A program made the translations under genes and the position numbers. A stretch of 64,000 nucleotides of DNA from Ramazzottius varieornatus (lineage: Eukaryota; Animalia; Tardigrada): the NCBI GenBank assembly GCA_001949185.1, contig BDGG01000006.1, positions 912,827-976,826 of the forward strand, given 5' to 3'. The stretch's first letter is position 1; each line of letters begins with the position of its first letter. Below the pieces are notes generated by a model. That model made no database searches. It worked only from the letters and a program-made list of their open reading frames with translations, and was not told the DNA's origin. Shown piece after piece: positions 56,718 through 64,000 of the stretch.

Positions 56718-59700
56718 TCACTGGTCTAGTGAGCTCTCGGACGATTGCTGACGTCGAGCGAGTTGCAGTAGCCGTCGTTGGCACTTCGGACAAGGCTGGT
56801 GCTCGTTCATGCATTTCTTGTGGAAGACAGCGTAACACTTCAAACACTAAAAGAGAAAACAAGTCAGAACTCTTTCTACTTGGATCCGTTGGGAATTGGC
56901 AAACCGACTCCACAAGATACCTTCTCCAAGTCACGCAGGCTTTCAGCCGATAACACCAAAATATGCGTCACTTGGAAACTCGACAGGATGGCTTTCCAGG
57001 TGGCGCAAGCTTTCAGCCACCAGCACTGGAGACGTGCGCCTCTTTGGAAAACAAACTTGTCTGGCATGTTTGCCAAGCTCCCGATAATTTTTAAGGAAAT
57101 TGCTTTATCTTTACCTGATAGTTATCATTCGTGTCAAAAGCGTGAAGGACTTGTCCAGACCGGCAGACTTCGCAGATGAAGCCTCGCTGGCTGCAGAGGA
57201 AGCACTTGCGGATGTGGTCGATGCCGAACTGAATGGCTCCTCTGATCTTGGGAAGAAGTGTGCCGTTATGCACCAAAATCAAATCCTGGGAAAAGAGAAA
57301 TGTTGTCAAAGTGCCACAATGAAGACGGGAAGAGTGAAGCATACTGATATCGCATAGAAATGAACGGTCTCGTGAAGGTGGTCGTGCGGCCACAACTTCG
57401 AGTTGAACTGCTCACAGGTCTCCTTCTTGCAAGTCCACAGGTAAGACTTGACAATTTGAAGTTGTATTCTCTGCTTCTGAGAACGAAGAAAGAACCGCAT
57501 TGGTCGAATTTTACCGATATGGGATCTCCGACAAAGAAACTCGACCAAATCGTTTTTCTCAGTGGCGCACGTCTCCAGCTAATAAGCCACAAATATGCGT
57601 CACTTAGAAAACTAATCTTGTCGAGCTTCCATGCACTCACCTTGCACTCTTCCATGTCTTTGACATGGTCGTGTATTTTCGGGTTGAGTTCGTGCATGTC
57701 GAAAAGCGGAGCTGATTCAACCGCCTCGATCAATTCTTTCGCTCTTTTGCAAACTAAACAAAATAATTTTGTTAGCGATGATAATACGTACTGCCGAAAT
57801 TGACCTACAGTAAACCAAACAGCCTGCAGCAGATCACCTTTATATTTCCGGAAGTCCCAATTGTGAATCACGCGGGAAGGTATCACCAGTTCGTCGTCGA
57901 CATGGCAGTCTGTGCAGTAGTACAGCAGGTCAAAGTTACACAGCTTCGAGTTCCCATACACTGTGAACAACACAGTGGCGGTGAACAAGACAGCCACTTC
58001 AAACGTATCTCGTCAAGGAGCTCCAAAATGTGAAAATGATAGCTTTGACTTACAAGCACCGATCGGTCGACCACATCCACCGCACTTGTAATGCTGCGCG
58101 CGAAGGCCTTTCTCAACGGGTATTCTGACCAGCAGTTCTCGCTTCTTTCCCTCCACGCTTTTCGTTGTCACAAACTGATCAGCATTCAGGACTTCAAAAT
58201 CGTGCTCAAATTCCGAAGCCTGGACAGAAACAATGCGAACAAATTACTTTCGTAAAGATTGAACTTCGGCTTTGTCCCAACAAAGTAAAGGTATCTGTAG
58301 CCTCGAAAAACAAATTCGATAGAACAGTTTCCCAAGTGGCGCACGTATCCAGCCAGTACCAATGAAAACGAGCGCCACTCGGAAGACCGATCTTGCCGAG
58401 TTTGTTTGCCGAGCTTCCACATCTATAAATACTGAAAAACTTACCACGGAAAACTCTGGCATGCCGTCAGAACTGCTGGCTGTCTGAATCTCATCCACCA
58501 TTCTAGCGAACAGCGAAGACCCAATACCCAGCGAACCTGACACGCCGTACGAGATGGCCATTCCGCGTTCCAACACCGTGTCGAAACTATCCTCTGACAA
58601 TGATAAGAACATTCAGGAATTGGCCAAACCATCCGCAAGCATTTGACATTACCTGGTGGTTGATTTTGTCTGTCCTTCCGTTTTAACCGTGGACCAGGGC
58701 GAAGTATAGGTTCGGCCTCCTCGAAGGACGACGACCATCCGCTGTTCTTGGTCACCAAGTTCCCGGACCGATTATAGGACTCACTCGCTTCCTCTTCGGG
58801 CTCGTTATCCAGCGGATGAGATGGTGGTTCTTTGTCAAGAGGCACGGCTTGCGTCAGTCGACTTGGATTTGAGCTGGAAGACGTGGGGGTTACCTCGTTA
58901 CTGGGAGGTACGGAAGACTCGGTGGAGGGAAGGGACTCCAACTTGACACGAAGTATCGCGGCTAATTCGTCGTCGCGATCATCAATAGTCAAATTAGGAC
59001 CTGAAAGAACGAAAGAACGATCAAACCGGAAACGCACTTGGCGAAAGAACCATCCAAACTTTGTCGTCTGACAGAAGATTGAGAACTGTCACTGACCTGC
59101 ATACACAATCAAAGCTCATTGCTACGGCTCGAAGTATGCAGGTCGATTGCCAGGAAGATCAACCAGTTTTTTGACTTGCATACACGAGTACTGTTTGTTG
59201 CTACGCCTCAATGCATGCAGGATCGTGAAACGTGCCTAGATTTTGTTTGCTGGGTTGATTCCCTTTCCGTTATACGTCAACGAAAATACGCCAGTAACGT
59301 TTCTATACCGAAATTGGTACCATTTTGATTGGGTAGTGGTAGCGAGAGAGGCAGCGGCGTCGGTGGAGGTGCGTTGGGGGTCGGCGAGTTTGTTGATCGC
59401 GGTCGGACTGCTCGGCTGGACACCACCTGCACTTCCTCACTGCCGATCAATAGCGTGTCCCCATCACTCTCCAAGTTGACCGTGCCCTCGGCCACTCGAG
59501 GAGAAGGGGAAGACGGGGCTCTCGAGTTTGATCGACGTGGAGGGCTTCGCTTAGCGGCGATGTCGGGCAGTAAGCCTGCCAGAACGAGGGAATGCCTTTC
59601 CCATTTATTGTACTCAGTCTTTTCCACGGGCAGATGGAAAGCGAAGTTCTGAAGGCCTAGAAGAAGACTGTACAGGACGTCCAAGGCTTCTTTGTCACGC

Positions 59701-60525
59701 ATGAAAGCACCGGGCATGTAAAATGACCTACGGCGAGACAACTGCGACAAAGCACACCTCAATGAGAATATGGAAGCTCGGCGAACAAAATCGACCATTT
59801 CCCATGTGGCGCACTTTCTAGATGTTGGCGGCTAGGACGGTGCTCCACTTGGAAAACCATCTCGTAGTCTGTCGAGTTCCCATATTTTTCTTTTGCGAGG
59901 AAAAGAGTCTTACTCTACAGTTTCTCCACTGGATGTGATGGCGGTGATGTAAGACTCAATCAAACTGTCGTTGAAAGCCAATCTTAGCCACATCTGCAAT
60001 TCGGGAAAATCAATCGGGAATCCAGAGTGATGGAAGAATAAACTCACTCGACATCGTCCAGTATCATTTTGAGCAATAAGAGAATACTCGATCCTCTGGA
60101 TCACATCGCGATGGCTGAATCCAGTCACCAAATCCCAGAAGTTTGTGCTTTCCACCGAAGTATTCTTGGATATCCCGAAAGCGGAAGACAACTATCACGA
60201 ACAAGGAAAAACATGAATAAGGACGAACGAGGAAAACTACGGATATTCCCCACCTTGGAAGCCCAGTTATTTGGTCGCAAGCCATGCAGCAATATCGCCT
60301 CAATGACTTGAGCAAGCTGCTCTCCGGAGTTGTCGCTACAAATAAAAAATACAAAACTGTCGGAATACTCGAAGACTATTTTGTGAGAAATTTCTGAGCA
60401 CACCTCACAACTGGAGTTTGCCCCGCTTCATAAGATTGCTGGATGGCGTGTACACAGTTGGCGACTTCTTCGGTGAGTTTCTTCTTGACAAGCTCGTTGA
60501 TGTATGTGTTGGTGACATCCCCCAT
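56718..60525 (-). CDS. PLEKHM1: PLEKHM1-like RUN plus Rubicon-homology (DUF4206) protein, multi-exon
   Basis: RUN: IEAILLHGL, FWDLV, GRCRMWLRLAFNDSLIESY, FYMPGAFMRD. RH: EKGLRAQHYKCGGC, YYCTDCH..IPSRVIHNWDF, HIRKCFLCSQRGFICEVC, C..CYAVFHKKC..CPKC. Confidence 0.9.
56891..57082. mobile_element. GTGGCGCAC-palindrome MITE copy, 2 units (PLEKHM1 intron)
   Basis: GGGAATTGGCAAAC..GTTTGCCAAGCTCCC with two hairpins. Confidence 0.8.
57521..57630. mobile_element. GTGGCGCAC-palindrome MITE copy, 1 unit, AT on both flanks (PLEKHM1 intron)
   Basis: AT|GGGATCTCCGAC ... GTCGAGCTTCC|AT. Confidence 0.85.
58297..58418. mobile_element. GTGGCGCAC-palindrome MITE copy, 1 unit (PLEKHM1 intron)
   Basis: Hairpin plus right arm GAGTTTGTTTGCCGAGCTTCC. 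Confidence 0.85.
59772..59881. mobile_element. GTGGCGCAC-palindrome MITE copy, 1 unit, AT on both flanks (PLEKHM1 intron)
   Basis: AT|GGAAGCTCGGCG ... GTCGAGTTCCC|AT. Confidence 0.85.
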
Positions 60526-61302
60526 TCTCCTGGAAGTTGAATTTGACAGTAAACACATGGGAAAACAATAAAGGAAAATCATCCACCGATGCATGAAAGG
60601 CTTGAAAGCTACCAACCATATACTCAGTCTTCTACACTGGATTTACAGCAGCTTCCGCCCGAAAGCTCAGCGTCCATTCGTCTCCAGTTAACGCTTCCCA
60701 AAATAGCGACAGTGGAATCAGTCTCTTCCAGTGTTTCCACAAAAGAAGCTGATGTCTCCCACCCGTACCGTCGTGAGACGAGTTTCAGAAAACCAAAACG
60801 AAAAATTCGAGAAAAAAAGGAAATTTTGAACTGCGAGTGCGAGTTCGTCCAAGAAGGAACCGCGACAGAGATAAGCTGATCCGGAGCAAACTTCCAAGAC
60901 ACTACTGTACCCCTGCTTAAAGAACGCATGGCATAAAATTTTTGGGCCATTGCGCGTTCTGGAAGCTGAATTTTCATTTCAACCATTGACGTTAGTCCTG
61001 ATAGTGTTCGCAGTCAGCAGTCAATTTGGGAACAACTAACTCGGTCCGGCTACGGACCGAAGGGTTGGAGTCGTTTGACGTTATGCAGTTGAATTTTCGA
61101 TTTTCTTTTTCCAAAAACGGTCTTTTGAGGTTCGACATTTTTATACTCCTGCTCCTGCAAGTCCATGTCAACTCTGCCGCTTCTTTCATCTCCCCGCAAC
61201 TCGGACTGCATAAGCACTGTTAGCCTAGGAACTCCTCTGCGGATGTGAAGGGAGGGTAGCTCGCTTGTCTTGCGATTTGCAGGTCAGGAACAAGAGAGCA
61301 AG
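60526..61302. promoter_or_regulatory. Probable bidirectional promoter/5' UTR region between PLEKHM1 and CPSF6
   Basis: Head-to-head start codons about 780 bp apart; positional inference only. Confidence 0.5.
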
Positions 61303-64000
61303 ATGGACGTCGGATTGGACCTGTACGCTGACGAGAACGAAAACTTCGACTATGGACAGGTAAGTTTCGCTTCCAGATATTTCAGAGTGGTGTCAAAGAG
61401 GCCTGTCTTGTAGGATTCGGCAGCGGAAGGAGCCGTCCAAGATGGCAACGTGGATTTATACGACGACGTGATGGGAGGCGATGTCACAGCCGGAGCTTCG
61501 AAGGTTGTCCCAGTCTGGTTACTTTAATACCTCGGTTCTTGTTGTTCGACTTCATGTTCTCTGCACGTCTGTGTCAAGTTCTTGTAGTGTGGTTTTTGCA
61601 GGGTGATGGCGAGAATGGACATATGGAAGGCGAAGAAAGTAGCTACCAGCAAGCAGGCTCAACGGGAGGATCGGGATCGGCAGGCGGACGAAAGTTCACC
61701 CTCATCATCGGAAATCTCACCTGGGTTAGCTAGCTAAGTCCTTGTCTAGATGTCTTGCTAGTTTTTTACACCTGTAATGAACTGCAGTCTTTGGAGCATG
61801 TCGATCTCGCCGCCCTCTTACGGCGAAGACCTGGTATATCGGATTTACTCCGGTTTAGGCTAATACAGAACAGTATTTTGATTGATTGGGACGCTTGTGT
61901 TCTCGTGGTTGGTGTCTTTGAAAGACATTCTGCTTATTTTGAGTTTCTCCACCTGCATGGACAGATGGATGAACGCGGAGGCTGCACCACAGAAAGCGAA
62001 GATTTCTGAACTAAACAACTGGAATGATTTTTTAGCAAAATGATTTAATGGTTATCTGATTGCCCTACATTTTTAACTTGAACAAATTTATTTGAATTTG
62101 ATAACTTTCCGTGATATCTTTTTGTCACCAAGTCTTCTTGTTTTCTGCCCGAGTTTGCCTCGTGGTACGGAGTGTGGGATAGTCCTCTGACTTCCTGTCT
62201 TTTATTTGTTTGGCAACTACAGTACCATTTTTCCTGAAATTGAAATCGTGGAACCATCAAAACTGTTGCTCCATCTGCGATCTTGGCCGCCAGAGGTCCG
62301 TAGCAGTTCAGCCTTCAGGTTCAGGGTAGGGTTCTTACCCCGCAGAGCCTTTTTTGCTGTATGACCACGCAGTAGCATCTTAGAACATGCTTCGTTGAAA
62401 GTCGCCTAGAAAAAACTGCTCTTTTTTTTTAATTACTATGTACCTTCTTCGACACTTTACGAATACTATTACTCTATCGCGCGTGTTATGTTATGAAGCT
62501 CTCGTTTTTTACCAGTTGTTTTCCTCGCTTTTTTGAGTCTTTTCTTCTCACGAATTGTGTTGATCTAACTACTTTGTATTGATAATTTTTACTTGGTTTG
62601 TTTAGTGGACGACAGAGGGCGACCTGCAAGAGCTGGTGGAAGGTTGCGGCATCCACGACCTTTTCGAGATTCGCATCCACGAAAATCGTTCCAATGGACA
62701 GTCTAAAGGTTTTGCCATGATCACCGTCGGGTCCGAAGCTTCGTCACAATACCTTCAAGCCGAACTACCCAAAAAGTACGTCCAAAGAAAAGTTTCTAAC
62801 ATCGGCAAATGAACTGGGCGTTCTCTTTACCTCAAGTGGTGCACGTCCTCGTTGTAATGGGCCTAGGGTGTGCGCCACGTGGTAAAACGATCATGTACAA
62901 GTCATATCTGCCGATGTCTCATCTACTTTTTTGTTTCCGCCCTCTGAACTTTTCGATCCAGCTGTCAAAATGTTCGGTCGCTTATTCTTATTCGTTTTTG
63001 CGTGCTTATAAGTGCTCTATTTCAGTGAGTAAAACAAGGTTCTCCCACTCGTTTATTAGGGCTGGTATCAACTTCCGGTCCGTAATCCGACTTCAATTTC
63101 CGTTCTAATGATAATTTTAATTCCTCTTTTCCAGGTCGATGCACGATCAGAGTCCCATCTGTGTCCCCTTCAGTCGCCAAGCACTCCAGACCTTCGACGC
63201 ACAAGCCAGGAAGAATGAGAGCGGAAGTGGGCGCGGTGGCCCAGGTGGCGGAGATGTGAATGGCGGAGGTCTTGGTCGCGGACCTGGGATGATGCGCGAC
63301 GGACCAGGCGGCATGCCCAACCGCGGAGGGATGATCAACGGTATGCAGAACGGCGCTGGACCGATGCGCGTTCCTATGCCCGGCATGGGCGGCATGGCTG
63401 CCATGCGAGCTGGCTTCCCCCGAATGCCGATGCCTGGGATGCCCGGGATGCCCAGGTTCCCGCCTGGCATGCTCCCTCCCGGCATGATGCGACCGGGAAT
63501 GGGTATGATGGGTCGACCTCCGTTCCCCGGCATGGTAAGAAGGGACGAATTTAGCGAAAAATATCTTTGTCGAACTACCAGCTGTCCTCGTAAAATCTGA
63601 AATGAAATATCTCGAAATTGAAAATGCATCTCAGGACTCAGGCAAACAAACTCGAAAAGATCGTCTCTTCAAGTTGCGCATGCTCTGAGTGTTATTGGCT
63701 GAGAGCGTGCGCCACTTTGAAACTCAGCAGATCGTTCCTCCGAGTGGCACAGGCTCTCCACCAGTAGAACCGGAGATGTGCGCCAGTTGGGAATGGGATT
63801 TGAGTGGCGTACGCTTTTATCCAGGGACACCGGCGACGTGCGCCACCTGGGATAATAATACTGTCCAGTTTGTCGCCGAGTTTTTGAATACGTTTTGATC
63901 TGGCGGCCGAAATGTTTATGTTTCGGAAATCTGTTCGACAAATCATCTCTGGAGCAGGACTGATGTTTTCTCGTAGATGAGACCAGATCGTCCGATGGGG
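61303..64000 (+). CDS. CPSF6: Cleavage factor Im large subunit (CPSF6/CFIm68-like), truncated by the window end
   Basis: MDVGLDLYADE, VDLYDDVM, RRM IGNLTW|WTTEGDL..ENRSNGQSKGFA, then a Pro/Gly/Met-rich region; GT-AG introns. Confidence 0.93.
62800..62920. mobile_element. GTGGCGCAC-palindrome MITE copy, 1 unit (CPSF6 intron)
   Basis: TCGGCAAATGAAC arm, CAAGTGGTGCAC..GTGCGCCACGTG. Confidence 0.8.
63635..63885. mobile_element. GTGGCGCAC-palindrome MITE copy, 3 units (CPSF6 intron)
   Basis: GGCAAACAAACTCG arm and three hairpins. Confidence 0.85.

Overview
Eukaryotic (metazoan invertebrate) genomic DNA, gene-dense, with many very short GT-AG introns. A tardigrade-like compact genome is my guess; the sequence does not prove it. 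Order of content: a decayed DD37D Tc1/mariner (maT-type) transposon with a nested TTAA-flanked MITE and a second MITE (1.1-3.7 kb); a KLF zinc-finger gene with a PVDLS motif (-); neurobeachin/rugose (-, 18.3-40.0 kb) carrying a nested antisense mab-21 gene in a 7-kb PH-domain intron; an F-box gene (+, apparently frameshifted); a PDGF/VEGF ligand (+); a voltage-gated Ca-channel alpha2/delta subunit (-) with a duplicated, probably mutually exclusive exon; a short p62/SQSTM1-like gene (-) with an RGG tract and no obvious LIR; a PLEKHM1-like RUN/Rubicon-homology gene (-); and the 5' part of CPSF6 (+). The main unexplained signal is a palindromic, modular repeat with about 35 copies counted by eye, almost all inside introns. 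Consensus: AT|GGGAGCTCGGCAAACAAACTCGACAAGATCGTTTTTC-[CAAGTGGCGCAC-N24/25-GTGCGCCACTTG]x1-3-mirror arm-CCC|AT. Its core and spacer length stay conserved while the arms decay. Exon boundaries were read by eye and repeat coordinates are approximate.
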